DNA from: Chthoniobacteraceae bacterium | GTDB lineage: Bacteria > Verrucomicrobiota > Verrucomicrobiia > Chthoniobacterales > Chthoniobacteraceae | NCBI GenBank assembly: GCA_040081625.1 | Contig: JBEBGD010000005.1 | Span: 1 to 64,000, forward strand | Reading direction: 5' to 3' | Length of the DNA stretch: 64,000 bases | In this document: positions 1-11,331 of the stretch, piece after piece | Position numbering within the stretch: the first letter of the stretch is position 1 | How the letters are laid out: each line of letters begins with the position of its first letter | Translations under genes and position numbers: made by a program | Notes under the pieces: model-generated | The model's database searches: none | What the model was told of the DNA's origin: nothing | Seen by the model: only the letters and a program-made list of their open reading frames with translations

Positions 1-2
1 GT

Positions 3-3000
3 TGGTTCAATCCGCTGAACTGGTCGCCCGATGGCGTGCCGGGTGCGACGGACTCGGCGACCCTCGGCCTCAACGCGGTTGGCGTCAGTGCGACGACGAC
101 GCTGCCGGGCAATCACACCGTGGGCACGCTCATCCACAACGTCGGGAGCGGAGGCGCCAGCAATTCGATCCTCAACATCTCCACGGGCGTGACGCTCACA
201 GTGCTGACAAATTTCACATGGCGCGGCGGCGTCGAAAACGGCGCGGGCGCGCTCACCGTCGCTCCGGGCGGGACCTTCTCGTTTCCCGGCACGAGCGGCC
301 AGGGCTCCACGCTCACGGCGCGGACGCTCAATCTGCAAGGCACCTCGACTTTTTCCAATGCGTCGAACGAGACGATCTCGTTCGTGGGCGGCGCGACGAT
401 CAACAACAGCGGGAACCTCGAAATCCGCCATCAGCTCACGCTCAACCAAAGCGTCGGGGAGACCGGCTTTTTCAACAACCTCGCGGGCGGCACGGTGCGC
501 GGCACGACGGCGAGCACCTCGCTCATCACGGGCACTGCCGTGGCTTCCACGAATGCCGGCATCGTGCGGGCGGAACTCGGGTTGCTGCAATTCAGCGGCG
601 GCCTCACGCAGACGGCGGGCAGTTCGCAGATGGCGGGCGGCTCGTTGAGTGTTCCGAGCGGCTTGCAACTCAATGGCGGCGAGGTCACGGGCGTGGGCGC
701 GTTTGGCGGCGATATCAACAACAACGGCGGCGTCGTGCGGCCCGGCGGCACGGGCGCGACGGGCATGCTCACGACGAACGCCACCTACCGGCAGTTCGCG
801 GGCGGGACGATCGAGCTGGAAGTCGCGGGCGCGGGCGCGGGGCAGTTCGATGTCTTCGCACCCGCCGGACTTGCAGTCCTCGGAGGGACACTGAACGCGC
901 CGCTGCTCGGCGGCTTCACGCCGGGGACGACCGACACGTTCCGCGTGCTCGATCCGGGCAGCATCGTGAGCGGCACCTTCGCGACGGTGAACAGCCCGCT
1001 GATCGCACAATACAGCACCGGCGACGTGACGCTGATCGTGCCGGGCGGACCGCTGACTTTCATCTGGGATGGCGGCGCGGGGGCGGATCAGTCGTGGTTC
1101 AATCCGATCAACTGGAACCTCGACAGCGGCGTGCCGGGCGCGATCGACACGGCGATTTTGCAGACTGCGCAGACGATCAGTCTGCCGAGCGACACGAGCG
1201 TCGGCACTTTCCAGCAGAGCAATGGCACGTTCACGAGCGGTGCGGGCGTGACGTTCACGGTGCTGAATTCTTTCGACTGGACCGGCGGGACGCAGAGCGG
1301 CTCGGGCACCACGATCAGCAGCGGCACGCTGACGCTGAGCGGGGCGGGTGTGAAGACGCTGACGACGCGGTCGTTCATCAACAACGGCACGGCGAATCTG
1401 AGCGGCGGAAATTTCACTACGACGAATGCGACGGTGACGAACAACGGCGTCTTCAACGCGACGGACAATGCGGACGTGACCGGCAGCGGCAGCGGCGGCT
1501 TTGCGAACAGCGCGAGCGGCACGCTGAACAAGACCGGCGCGGGGACGACGACGCAGTTTTATCAATTCACCAACGCCGGGACGCTGAACGCGACGAGTGG
1601 CACGGTGGACATCAACAGCGGCTTCACGCAGACTGCGGGTAGCACGGTGCTGGGCGGCGGGAGCATCACCGGCGCGTTTGGCTTCAACTTCCAAGGCGGC
1701 GAACTGCGCGGCACGGGGTCGATCGGTGCCGGCATTATCAACAACACCGGCGCGACCGTGCGGCCCGGCGGCACGGGCGCGGCGGGGACGATCACGATCA
1801 CCGGCGGCTACACGCAGGGCAATGGCGGACGGGTGGCTGTGGAGATCGGCGGCACGGGCGCGGGGCAGTTCGACGTGCTGGCGGTGACCGGCAACGCCAT
1901 CATCGACGGCGCGATGGATGTCAGCCTCCTCGGTGGCTTCACGCCGGCGAGCATCGATACGTTCCGTGTGCTCACGGGCGGGTCGCGCAGCGGGCAGTTT
2001 CAGATCGTGAATGGGCCGCTCGTAGGGCAATACAATGCGACGAACGTAACGCTGATCTCGACGCCGGGGATGTTCGTGTGGGACGCGGGCGCGGGTGTGG
2101 ATACGAGCTGGTTCAATCCCGCGAACTGGTCGCCCGACGGCGTGCCCGGCGCGACGGACTCGGCGACGCTGAACATCAATGCGACGGCGACGCTGCCGAG
2201 CAGCACCAGCGTCGGCACGTGGATTCACGGCGGGACCAGCGCCGCCACCCTCACCATCCCGACGGGCATGACACTGACGGTGCTGAACAATTTCACCTGG
2301 ACGGGCGGGACGGAAAACGGTCCGGGCACGCTGACCGTGGCATCGGGGGCGACCTTCAACTACTCGAGCGGAAGCCCGACTTTCCTCACGGCGCGGACGC
2401 TGAATTTGGAGGGCAATTCGCTGATCACCGCGACGCAGACGCTGACGCTGGCGAGCGGCGCGACGATCAACAACACCGGCACGCTCGAAATCCAAACCGG
2501 GTTGAGCATCGGTGGGGCTGGCACCGGCACGTTCAACAATCTCACCGGTGCAACGCTCCGAAAAACCGTCGGCGGCACCGTCATCTTCGGCAACAACGTC
2601 GCCTTCACGAATGCGGGCACGGTCCGCGCGGAAGTCGGCACCATCGGAGTCAATGGCGGCTACACGCAGACGGCGGGCAGCTCGCAGATGTTTGGCGGCA
2701 TCCTGAATATCTTCCCCGTGCTGGCGCTCCAGGGTGGCGAGCTGGCGGGCGTGGGCGCGTTTTCGGGAACGATCAACAACACCGGCGGCGTCGTGCGCCC
2801 CGGCGGCGTGGGCGTGATCGGCACGCTGACGACGAACGGGGACTATTTCCAAAGCGCGGGCGGCACGCTCGAGACGGAGATCGCGGGCACAGGCGCGGGG
2901 CAGTTCGATGTCTTCGCGCCGGGCGGGAATGCGACGCTGAACGGCACGCTGAACGCGCCGCTGCTCGGCGGTTTCACGCCGGGAGTCGGCAACACGTTCC

Positions 3001-6000
3001 TCGTGCTCGATCCGGGCATCAGCGTGAGCGGCACCTTCGCGACGGTGAACAGCCCGCTGACCGCGCAATACAACGCCAGCGACGTGACGCTGCTCGCGCC
3101 GGCGGGGCCGCTGACTTTCGTTTGGGATAACTCGGCGGGCACCGGCGATTGGTTTAATCCGCTGAACTGGAATCTCGACAGCGGCGTGCCGGGCGCGGCG
3201 GACACGGCGATCCTGAACATCGCCTCGACGATCAATCTCACGGGCAACGCGAGTGTCGGGACTTTCCAGCAGAGCGCAGGGACGTTCAGCGGCGCGGGGG
3301 CGTTCACGGTGCTGACGAGTTTCGCGTGGACGGGCGGGACGCAGAGCGGCTCGGGGATCACCAATGCCAACGGCGGGCTCACGCTCAGCGGCGGCACTCA
3401 CACGCTGAATACCCGCACGCTCAATAACCTGGCCGCCGCCACGTGGACCGCGGGCGCTCTGGACCTGCTCAACGGCGCGACCATCAACAACCAGGTCGGC
3501 GCGACCTTCACGACGAATTTCGACGGGGCCATCTTGCAGTTCAGCTCAGTCACCTTCAACAACGCGGGCACCTTCACCAAGAGTGGCGGCACCGGCAGCA
3601 CGAGCAGCGCGGCCGTCTTCAACAACACCGGCACGGTCAATATCAACAGCGGGACGCTGGCGCTCCAGAGCGGAGGCGCCGACAGCGGCGCGTTCAACCT
3701 CGGTGCAGGCAGCACGCTGAATTTCGCCGGCGGCACGCACACGCTCGGCGCGGCGGCTACCATCACGGACACGCCCACTTCGACGCTCATAGCCAGCAAC
3801 GGCACGGCCATTATCGCGTCGGCGGTGACGCTGGCGGGAACTACGAGCGTGGCTGGCGGCACGCTTACCTTCAACAACACGGCGAATCTCGCATCGCTGA
3901 ATCTCAGCAGCGGCACGCTCAATGGAAATGGAACAGTGAACGTCAGCGCGGCGATCAACTGGACCGGCGGCGCAATGACCGGCTCGGGGATCACCAATGC
4001 CAACGGTGGACTGACTCTCAGCGGCGGCACTCACACGCTGGACTCCCGCACTCTCAGCAACGTGGGCGCTGCCACGTGGAGCGCGGGCAGCCTGAACCTG
4101 CTCAACGGCGCGACCATCAACAACCAGATCGGGGCGACGTTCACGACGAATTTCGACGGCTCCATCACGCAGTTCAATCCGGTCACCTTCAATAACGCGG
4201 GCACCTTCACCAAGAATGGCGGCACGGGCATCACGAGCAGCGCGGCGATTTTCAACAACACCGGCACGGTCAACATCAACAGCGGCACGCTGAGCTTTTC
4301 GAACTTCACGCAGACCGCCGGCACCACATCGCTGGCCGGCGGCAATCTCGGTGGCGGGATCACCTTCGCATTCCAAAGCGGCGAACTGCGCGGCGCGGGG
4401 ACGATCACAGGCAACGTGAACAACTCCGGCGCAACGGTTCGGCCGGGCGGGACAGGTGCGGCGGGGACGCTGGCGATCACGGGCGCTTACACGCAGGGCG
4501 CGGGTGGGACGCTTGCGGCGGAGTTGGGAGGGACGAGTCCCGGCGAGTTCGACGTGCTCAGCGCGGGGACGGCGACGCTCGGCGGGACGCTGAATCTCGC
4601 GAATCTCGCGGGCTTCACTCCGGCCGGCGGCGATATGTTCCGCGTGGTGCAGTCGGGGAATAATCCCGGCACATTCGCCACGCTCAGCGGCGCGACCGCG
4701 GGGATCTCGCAGGCGGCAGATGCGACAGGCCTCGTGCTCACAGCGGCGGTGGTCGCCATCGAGACCGACGTGTCGCTCTCGGGCGGCAATCTCATTGTCA
4801 CCGACATCAACGGCGGCGTGAGCAACGACAACCTCACGATCACGCTCGTCGGCGCGAATGTGCGCGTGAGCGATCCGGGCAACCTGCTCATGGCCGGCGC
4901 GGGAGCGACGCAGATCGATCCGAATACCGTCGAAGTGCCGCTCGCGTCGATCACGGGGAACATCCAGGTCAACACGCTCGGCGGCGACGACACGCTCACG
5001 CTCGCGCTGGCGGGCGGCGACTTCATCGTCGCGAGCGGACTCAATTACGCCGCGGGCGCGAATGGCGGCGCGGGCGATGCGCTCGTCATCACCGGCGACG
5101 TGCAAGGCACTGTGAGCTACGGCTTCACCAACGCGACCGACGGCACGCTGGGGATGAGCGCGTTCGGCACGGTGACGGTCACCGGGCTGGAAAACACGAC
5201 GAACTCCGGCACCGCGACCAACGTGCTTTTCAACCTGCCCGCGAGCGCGAGCGCCATCACGCTCGGCGACGACGGCACGACCGGCAACGGACTCACGCGC
5301 CTTGGCGGCACGACGGTGTGGAGCGTCGATTTCCCAAATCCGAGCAACGCGCTCACGATCATTCGCGGCAATGCCGCGGACACGTTGACGGTGAATGCGC
5401 TGCCGGATCTCAATGCCAGCCTCAACCTCGCGTCGGTCGTGAATCCGCTCGCGGCGCTCACCTTCGCCGGCGCGGTCACGCTTGGCGCCAACAAGAGCCT
5501 CACCAGCGCGACAAGCGGCACGACGACCTTCAGTGCCGCCTTCATCACGAGCGGCACGGGCAGCATCTCGCTCACCGCGGGCGACCTCGTGCTCGGCGGC
5601 GGCGCAGGCTCGCTCGTCGGCTCGGGAGTGCTCCAGCTCCTGCCGGCGACGGCGGCGAGCACGATCGGCGTCGGCGCGACCGCGACCGGCGCGTTCAATC
5701 TCGACCCGACTGATCTCGCGGCGCTAGCGAACGGCTTCACGAGCATCACCATCGGCCGCGACACGACCGGCACCGGCACCGTGGACATCAACGCCTCGAC
5801 CTTCGCGGACAACGTGAGCGTCTTCGGCGGCGAGATCGTCGTGACCGGGTTGGATGCGGGCGCGAATGACGTGACGCTGACGACGACGAACGGCCCGATC
5901 CAAAACGGCGGCGACATTTCGACCGACGTGACCGGTGGCAATGTCGTGCTCATCAAGCGCGGCTTTGCGGCGACGCCGGACTTCTTCGCCATCGGCGGAA

Positions 6001-9000
6001 ACGGCGGGAGCAGCGCAGCTCTCAGCGTGGATGCGACGACGGTGAACGCCACGGTCGACCGGGGCAGCGTCGCCATCGACGCTGTCGGCACCGGCGGCGT
6101 TTCGATGAGCCTCCTGCACACGAACAACTTCGGGACCGGCAACATTTTCGCCGGCAGTTCGACGGAAGATGTGACGATCACCGACGCGCAGATCACCGGC
6201 GACGGCTTCATGCAGTTGACGGCCGTGGGCCACAATCTCTCGGCCACGAACCTCATGTCGGGGGGCGCGTTCTTCGCCGGAGATTTCACGCTGACGACGA
6301 CCACGAGCGGCAACGTGACGCTTGGCGCGGCGACGAATGGCAAAGGGGCGGTGAACGTCACCTCGGCCGGGAACGCCGTGATCAACGGACCGATCAACGC
6401 AACCGCCAGCGGCACGTGGACGGCGGGTGGCAGCATCACCGGTGCAGGCGCGGTGACCCTCACGGGCACGAGCGATTTCGCCGTGACGGCGAGTGGCGCG
6501 ATCAACCTCAGCGGCGCGATCACCGTCCCCGGCACGACCACACTCGCGGCGGGCGCGATGAGTGACATCACGCTCACGAACGCAGGAACGTCGCTCGCCG
6601 CCGTGAACATCAGCGGCGGCACGCTCCGGCTGGCGGGCCCGCTCGCTGCGACGAGTGTCGCCATCGCCGGCGGCGCGTCGCTCGCCGGCGCCGGCACGAT
6701 CGGCGGCAGCGTCTCGAGTTCCGGCACCGTGCGACCCGGAGGCACCGGCGCAACGGGCACGCTCACGATCAACGGAAGCTACACGCAAGACGCGGGCGGC
6801 ACGCTGGAGGTCGAGGTGGGCGGCACCGCAGCCGGTGAGTTCGACGTATTCGATGTCAACGGCACGGCGATGCTCGGCGGGACGCTCAGCGCCACGCTGC
6901 TCGGTGGATTCACGCCGCCGGCGGGCACGCCCTACCCGGTGCTCACTTACAGCTCCGCGTCGGGCAGCTTCACGACGGTCAGCACGCCGCCGGAATTGAC
7001 GGCGGTTCAGGGTGCTTCGGCGCTCGTGCTCGTGCCGCCGGTGTCTGCGTTTGTCGTCACGACCACGCTGGATGTTGTCGATGCCGCCGACGGCCTCACC
7101 TCGCTGCGCGAAGCGATCCTCGCCGCGAATGCGAACTCTGGCTTCGACACGATCACCTTCAACATCCTCGGCGGCGGCGTGCGAACCATCTCGCCGTCGA
7201 GCACGCTTCCGGTGATCATGGAAGCCGTGCTCATTGATGGCTACACGCAGCCGGGTGCGTCGCTAAACACGCTCGCCACTGGCACCGACGCCGTTTTGAC
7301 GATCGCGCTGGACGGATCGCTCGCGGGCTCGGGCACCGATGGGCTGACGCTCGGCGCGGGGAGCAGCTCCAGCATCGTCCGCGGCCTGGACATCCACGGT
7401 TTTTCCGGCAACGGCATCAACGTCGCGAGCGATGGCAATGCGATCACGGGCAATTTCATCGGTGCTTCCGAATCGGCTAACGCACTTGCCGGCGCGCGCG
7501 TGACGGGCACGGCGAACGTGATCGGCGGCGGGGGAATCGCGGAGCGCAACGTGATCGCCTTCAACAGCGGCGACGGCGTGAGCGTCGTCACGGGGCGTGG
7601 CAACGTGATCCTCGGCAATTCGATCCACAGCAACACCGGCCCCGGCATCGATCTCGGAGACGACGGCATCACGGCGAACGATGCAGACGACAGCGACGGT
7701 GGAGCAAACGACTCGCTGAATTTCCCGGTGATTACCAGCGCCGCGCCAAACCCTGGCGGCAGCGCGGACGTTAGCGGCAGCGTGACGACCGCCATCAACG
7801 GCGCGGTGCGGATCGAGTTCTTCCTCGCCGATGCGGGCGGCCAGGGAATGACGTTCCTTGGCTTGACTGACGTCGTCTCGGTCGCCGGTGTCGCGACGAA
7901 TTTCAGCGTGTCGCTGACGGGCCCGGTCAACGCTGGCGAGAAGATCGTCGCCACGACGAGCGACCTTTCCGTCGGCGGCGCGGGCACGTCGGAGTTTTCG
8001 TCCGCGGCGACCGTCATCCCGCCGGCGCTCATCAGCATCGGCGACGTGGCGATCGTGGAAGGCAACAGCGGCACGAAGCAGCTCGTCTTCACGCTCACGC
8101 TCGACCAGGCCGTCCCGGCGACGGTGACGGTGGACTTCGACACCGCCGATTTCAGCACCGATGCGCGTGCGGCGATGGCGGGTGTCGATTACCTCCCGGT
8201 CGTCAGCGGCCTCGTGACGTTTGCGCCGAACGAACTCTCGAAGACGATCAGCATCACCATCACCGGCGACACCGCGGGCGAGCCGGTCGAGCGCTTCAAT
8301 GTCGTGCTCAGCAATGCGACCAACGCCGGTATCGGCGACGGCACGGGGACGGGAGCGATCATCGACGACGATCACCACACCTTTGCCGTGAGCGAAGGCA
8401 GCGGGAACAAGCTCAGGGTCTTCACCGCGAGCGCGAGTGGCGCGGTGCTCATTCAGACGATCGAGGCTTTCACCGTCGGCTTCAAAGGCGGCGTGCGTGT
8501 GGCCGTGGGAGATGTGACGGGCGACGGCGTGGATGACTTCATCGCCGGCGCGGGCCTCGGCGGGCGCGCGAAAGTGCGCGTGTTCGATGGCCTCACGTTT
8601 GCGCCGGTGCCGGGCGTGCTCGGCGAGTTCTCCGCGTTCGGGACCAGCTACCGCGGCGGGGTCTTCGTCGCGACGGGCGATGTAAATGGCGACGGCTTCT
8701 CCGACGTGATCGTGACGCCGAGCGCGGGCAGCTCGAATCGCGTGAACATTTTCTCCGGCGCGGACGGCTCGCTGCTCAACAGCTTCCGCGCCTTCGGCAA
8801 AGGCACCGGCGGCGTGCGCGTGGCCGCGGGCGATGTGAATGGCGACGGGCTTGCGGACATCATCGCCGGCACCGGCGTCGGTTCGAGCGTTCGAGTCTTC
8901 GACGCGATGACCGGGCTCGTGCTTCAGGGCGATGGCCACGAGTTCCGCGCCTTCGGCAAGAGCTACCGCGGTGGCGTGTATGTCGCGGCGGGCGACCTGA

Positions 9001-9299
9001 ATGCGGACGGAGTGGCCGACATCATCGTCGGCGCCGGCTCCGGGACGCCCAACGTGCGCACCTACTTCCAGGAAATCGCGGGCACCGTGCCGAAGACGTT
9101 CGCCGCCTACGCCGGCGGGGCGCTGCGTGGCGTGCGCGTCGCCGCGCTCGACATCGACGGCGACGGAGTTGCCGACATCATCACCTCAAAGGGCCGCAAG
9201 GGCGACAGTTCGGTGAGGGCATTCGATGGCGCGAGCACGGCCGCGGTGTTCGGCCTGAGGCCTTTCGGCAACCAACTCGACAGCCTCTACGTCGGCTGA
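3..9299 (+). CDS. Giant Gly/Thr/Asn-rich repeat surface protein (beta-strand repeats, CSLREA-like, Calx-beta, C-terminal FG-GAP repeats); 5' end lies outside the window
   Basis: Frame is open from base 3 (WFNPLNWSPDGVPG), over 3000 aa. Repeated W..NW...VPGA.D.A modules, a TSLREAI motif, a Calx-beta-like segment (ISIGDVAIVEGNSG...VTFAPNELSKTISITI) and several GGV.VA.GD.NGDG..DII repeats. Confidence 0.85.
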   Translation, partial: WFNPLNWSPDGVPGATDSATLGLNAVGVSATTTLPGNHTVGTLIHNVGSGGASNSILNISTGVTLTVLTNFTWRGGVENGAGALTVAPGGTFSFPGTSGQGSTLTARTLNLQGTSTFSNASNETISFVGGATINNSGNLEIRHQLTLNQSVGETGFFNNLAGGTVRGTTASTSLITGTAVASTNAGIVRAELGLLQFSGGLTQTAGSSQMAGGSLSVPSGLQLNGGEVTGVGAFGGDINNNGGVVRPGGTGATGMLTTNATYRQFAGGTIELEVAGAGAGQFDVFAPAGLAVLGGTLNAPLLGGFTPGTTDTFRVLDPGSIVSGTFATVNSPLIAQYSTGDVTLIVPGGPLTFIWDGGAGADQSWFNPINWNLDSGVPGAIDTAILQTAQTISLPSDTSVGTFQQSNGTFTSGAGVTFTVLNSFDWTGGTQSGSGTTISSGTLTLSGAGVKTLTTRSFINNGTANLSGGNFTTTNATVTNNGVFNATDNADVTGSGSGGFANSASGTLNKTGAGTTTQFYQFTNAGTLNATSGTVDINSGFTQTAGSTVLGGGSITGAFGFNFQGGELRGTGSIGAGIINNTGATVRPGGTGAAGTITITGGYTQGNGGRVAVEIGGTGAGQFDVLAVTGNAIIDGAMDVSLLGGFTPASIDTFRVLTGGSRSGQFQIVNGPLVGQYNATNVTLISTPGMFVWDAGAGVDTSWFNPANWSPDGVPGATDSATLNINATATLPSSTSVGTWIHGGTSAATLTIPTGMTLTVLNNFTWTGGTENGPGTLTVASGATFNYSSGSPTFLTARTLNLEGNSLITATQTLTLASGATINNTGTLEIQTGLSIGGAGTGTFNNLTGATLRKTVGGTVIFGNNVAFTNAGTVRAEVGTIGVNGGYTQTAGSSQMFGGILNIFPVLALQGGELAGVGAFSGTINNTGGVVRPGGVGVIGTLTTNGDYFQSAGGTLETEIAGTGAGQFDVFAPGGNATLNGTLNAPLLGGFTPGVGNTFLVLDPGISVSGTFATVNSPLTAQYNASDVTLLAPAGPLTFVWDNSAGTGDWFNPLNWNLDSGVPGAADTAILNIASTINLTGNASVGTFQQSAGTFSGAGAFTVLTSFAWTGGTQSGSGITNANGGLTLSGGTHTLNTRTLNNLAAATWTAGALDLLNGATINNQVGATFTTNFDGAILQFSSVTFNNAGTFTKSGGTGSTSSAAVFNNTGTVNINSGTLALQSGGADSGAFNLGAGSTLNFAGGTHTLGAAATITDTPTSTLIASNGTAIIASAVTLAGTTSVAGGTLTFNNTANLASLNLSSGTLNGNGTVNVSAAINWTGGAMTGSGITNANGGLTLSGGTHTLDSRTLSNVGAATWSAGSLNLLNGATINNQIGATFTTNFDGSITQFNPVTFNNAGTFTKNGGTGITSSAAIFNNTGTVNINSGTLSFSNFTQTAGTTSLAGGNLGGGITFAFQSGELRGAGTITGNVNNSGATVRPGGTGAAGTLAITGAYTQGAGGTLAAELGGTSPGEFDVLSAGTATLGGTLNLANLAGFTPAGGDMFRVVQSGNNPGTFATLSGATAGISQAADATGLVLTAAVVAIETDVSLSGGNLIVTDINGGVSNDNLTITLVGANVRVSDPGNLLMAGAGATQIDPNTVEVPLASITGNIQVNTLGGDDTLTLALAGGDFIVASGLNYAAGANGGAGDALVITGDVQGTVSYGFTNATDGTLGMSAFGTVTVTGLENTTNSGTATNVLFNLPASASAITLGDDGTTGNGLTRLGGTTVWSVDFPNPSNALTIIRGNAADTLTVNALPDLNASLNLASVVNPLAALTFAGAVTLGANKSLTSATSGTTTFSAAFITSGTGSISLTAGDLVLGGGAGSLVGSGVLQLLPATAASTIGVGATATGAFNLDPTDLAALANGFTSITIGRDTTGTGTVDINASTFADNVSVFGGEIVVTGLDAGANDVTLTTTNGPIQNGGDISTDVTGGNVVLIKRGFAATPDFFAIGGNGGSSAALSVDATTVNATVDRGSVAIDAVGTGGVSMSLLHTNNFGTGNIFAGSSTEDVTITDAQITGDGFMQLTAVGHNLSATNLMSGGAFFAGDFTLTTTTSGNVTLGAATNGKGAVNVTSAGNAVINGPINATASGTWTAGGSITGAGAVTLTGTSDFAVTASGAINLSGAITVPGTTTLAAGAMSDITLTNAGTSLAAVNISGGTLRLAGPLAATSVAIAGGASLAGAGTIGGSVSSSGTVRPGGTGATGTLTINGSYTQDAGGTLEVEVGGTAAGEFDVFDVNGTAMLGGTLSATLLGGFTPPAGTPYPVLTYSSASGSFTTVSTPPELTAVQGASALVLVPPVSAFVVTTTLDVVDAADGLTSLREAILAANANSGFDTITFNILGGGVRTISPSSTLPVIMEAVLIDGYTQPGASLNTLATGTDAVLTIALDGSLAGSGTDGLTLGAGSSSSIVRGLDIHGFSGNGINVASDGNAITGNFIGASESANALAGARVTGTANVIGGGGIAERNVIAFNSGDGVSVVTGRGNVILGNSIHSNTGPGIDLGDDGITANDADDSDGGANDSLNFPVITSAAPNPGGSADVSGSVTTAINGAVRIEFFLADAGGQGMTFLGLTDVVSVAGVATNFSVSLTGPVNAGEKIVATTSDLSVGGAGTSEFSSAATVIPPALISIGDVAIVEGNSGTKQLVFTLTLDQAVPATVTVDFDTADFSTDARAAMAGVDYLPVVSGLVTFAPNELSKTISITITGDTAGEPVERFNVVLSNATNAGIGDGTGTGAIIDDDHHTFAVSEGSGNKLRVFTASASGAVLIQTIEAFTVGFKGGVRVAVGDVTGDGVDDFIAGAGLGGRAKVRVFDGLTFAPVPGVLGEFSAFGTSYRGGVFVATGDVNGDGFSDVIVTPSAGSSNRVNIFSGADGSLLNSFRAFGKGTGGVRVAAGDVNGDGLADIIAGTGVGSSVRVFDAMTGLVLQGDGHEFRAFGKSYRGGVYVAAGDLNADGVADIIVGAGSGTPNVRTYFQEIAGTVPKTFAAYAGGALRGVRVAALDIDGDGVADIITSKGRKGDSSVRAFDGASTAAVFGLRPFGNQLDSLYVG

Positions 9300-9386
9300 C
9301 CGGCCTGGATTTCGCGCCCGAATAGTTTTGCAGGCCCGGCATTGCGCGCCGGGCTGAGCGCGCTACTTTCCGCGCCCATTTTCCAC

Positions 9387-9872
9387 ATGGCATCTGTTCT
9401 ACCAGCACGTCCACGCCACGGCGGCTCCCGCCGCAATATCGCGATCGTCGTCAGCACGTATCACGACGAATTCGCGCGTGGACTCGTGGCCCATGCGCGC
9501 CGGGAGATCGAGGAGATCGCGCCGGGGTCGAGCATCGAGATCATCGATGTGCCGGGCTCCTTCGAGGTGCCGCTGGTCGTGCAGAGCGTAGCGGAGCGCG
9601 GCGAATGCGACGCAGTGATCGCCTTTGGCGTGCTGCTCCAGGGGCAGACGGCGCACGCGCGGCTCATCAGCTCCGCTGTCACCGAGGCGCTCATGCGGAT
9701 CACGCTGGCCACGCATGTGCCGGTGATCCACGAGATCCTCGTGGTGGATGACGAGGAGCAGGCGCGCGCGCGCTGCCTGGGCGACGAGATCAATCGTGGC
9801 ACCGAAGCCGCGCGCGTGGCGGTTCGCATGGCCGAGGTGATGAGTCAATTTTCACGCCGCCCGATGCGATGA
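9387..9872 (+). CDS. ribH: 6,7-dimethyl-8-ribityllumazine synthase
   Basis: IAIVVS, VPGSFEVP, AVIAFGVLLQGQTAH and NRGTEAA motifs; usual position upstream of nusB. Confidence 0.93.
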   Translation: MASVLPARPRHGGSRRNIAIVVSTYHDEFARGLVAHARREIEEIAPGSSIEIIDVPGSFEVPLVVQSVAERGECDAVIAFGVLLQGQTAHARLISSAVTEALMRITLATHVPVIHEILVVDDEEQARARCLGDEINRGTEAARVAVRMAEVMSQFSRRPMR

Positions 9873-10453
9873 AGAAGTCCACAGGTTCCCGGCGCGAAGG
9901 CCGCACGCTAGCCGTGCAGCTCCTCTTCATGCTCGACCACAACACCACGCCGATCGACGAGCAGGTCCCCGCGTTCTTCGCGTTCCGGACGGACGACGAT
10001 CGACCGCTGGCGGAGTCGGAAAAGTCGCGCGTGTTCTGCGAGTCGCTCGTGCGCGGGGTCGTCGAGCACTCGACGGACATCGACGCGCGGATCAAGGAAA
10101 CCGCCCAGAACTTCAGCCTCCACCGCATCGGCGGTGTCGAGCGCGCGATCCTCCGGCTGGCCGTCCACGAGATGTTCAACTGTCTCGATACGCCGCCGGT
10201 CGTGGCGATCAATGAAGCGCTGGAAATCGCACGCCGCATGTCGGGCGATGAAGCGGTGCGCTTCGTCAACGGCATCCTCGACAGGATCCGCGGCACGTTG
10301 AAACGCCCGTCGCGCACGGCAGTCGTGCCTCTCACTGCCGTCGAACGCATGGAACGGCAGATGGAAAATATCGCGCGTGAGCTCGGCGAGGCGACCGCGG
10401 CGGAGCCCGAGGATTATTCGCCCGGACGCGGGCAGGCGGAGCAGGGGAGCTGA
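9869..10453 (+). CDS. nusB: Transcription antitermination factor NusB
   Basis: RREGRTLAVQLLF, ERAILRLAVHE, PPVVAINEALEIA, FVNGILD; ATGA overlap with ribH. Confidence 0.95.
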   Translation: MKKSTGSRREGRTLAVQLLFMLDHNTTPIDEQVPAFFAFRTDDDRPLAESEKSRVFCESLVRGVVEHSTDIDARIKETAQNFSLHRIGGVERAILRLAVHEMFNCLDTPPVVAINEALEIARRMSGDEAVRFVNGILDRIRGTLKRPSRTAVVPLTAVERMERQMENIARELGEATAAEPEDYSPGRGQAEQGS

Positions 10454-10462
10454 GCGCGCGGC

Positions 10463-11311
10463 ATGGCGTTCGGATTTTTTAAATCACTGATCCAGAAGTT
10501 CACCGGGCGTCCGGTGGACTGGGAGGAACTCGAGGAGGCGCTGATCCGCTCGGATCTCGGCGTTTCGATGACGCAGCGCATCCTCGCGGCGCTCCAGGCC
10601 CGGGAAGAGAAGCTCACCGCGGAAGGAGTCGTGCTGGTGGCGCGCGAGGAGATTTTGAAAGTGCTCCCGCGCGACAACCTAATGCTTCGCCCGCTCGCGT
10701 CGAAGCCGAAGGTCGTGCTCGTGGTCGGCGTCAACGGAACGGGGAAGACGACCTCGACTGCGAAGCTCGGCTCATTCCTCAAGCGCAAAGGCCACAGCGT
10801 GCTGCTCGCGGCGGCGGACACCTTTCGCGCGGCGGCGATCGAGCAGCTCGGCGTGTGGGCGGAGCGGCTCGCGTGTCCGATCGTGCAGGGCCAATACAAC
10901 GGCGACCCCGCGGCGGTGTGCTTCGACGCATGGCAGCGCGCGGATCGCGAGAACATCGAGTTCGTGCTGTGCGACACCGCGGGCCGGCTGCACACGAAGA
11001 CCAACCTCATGGGCGAACTCACGAAGGTGAAACGCACGCTCGCCAAGTGCGACCCCACGGCGCCGCACGAGTGCCTGCTCGTGGTCGATGCGACCACCGG
11101 CTCGAACGCGCTCCAGCAGGCGCGCGAGTTTCACCAGGCCGTGCAGCTCACGGGCCTCATCGTCACGAAGCTCGATGGCTCCGGCAAAGGCGGCTGCGTG
11201 ATCGCCATCCAGAATGAACTCGGCCTGCCCACCCGCTTCGTGGGCACCGGCGAGCAGCTCGAAGACCTCGCGTTCTTCGAGAGCCGGCAGTTCGTCGAGC
11301 AGATGCTGTAG
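10463..11311 (+). CDS. ftsY: Signal recognition particle receptor FtsY (short form without acidic N-domain)
   Basis: GVNGTGKTT, DTFRAAA, DTAGR, TKLDGSGKGG, GTGE motifs. Confidence 0.96.
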   Translation: MAFGFFKSLIQKFTGRPVDWEELEEALIRSDLGVSMTQRILAALQAREEKLTAEGVVLVAREEILKVLPRDNLMLRPLASKPKVVLVVGVNGTGKTTSTAKLGSFLKRKGHSVLLAAADTFRAAAIEQLGVWAERLACPIVQGQYNGDPAAVCFDAWQRADRENIEFVLCDTAGRLHTKTNLMGELTKVKRTLAKCDPTAPHECLLVVDATTGSNALQQAREFHQAVQLTGLIVTKLDGSGKGGCVIAIQNELGLPTRFVGTGEQLEDLAFFESRQFVEQML

Positions 11312-11331
11312 CGCTCCGGGACCGCAGCGAT

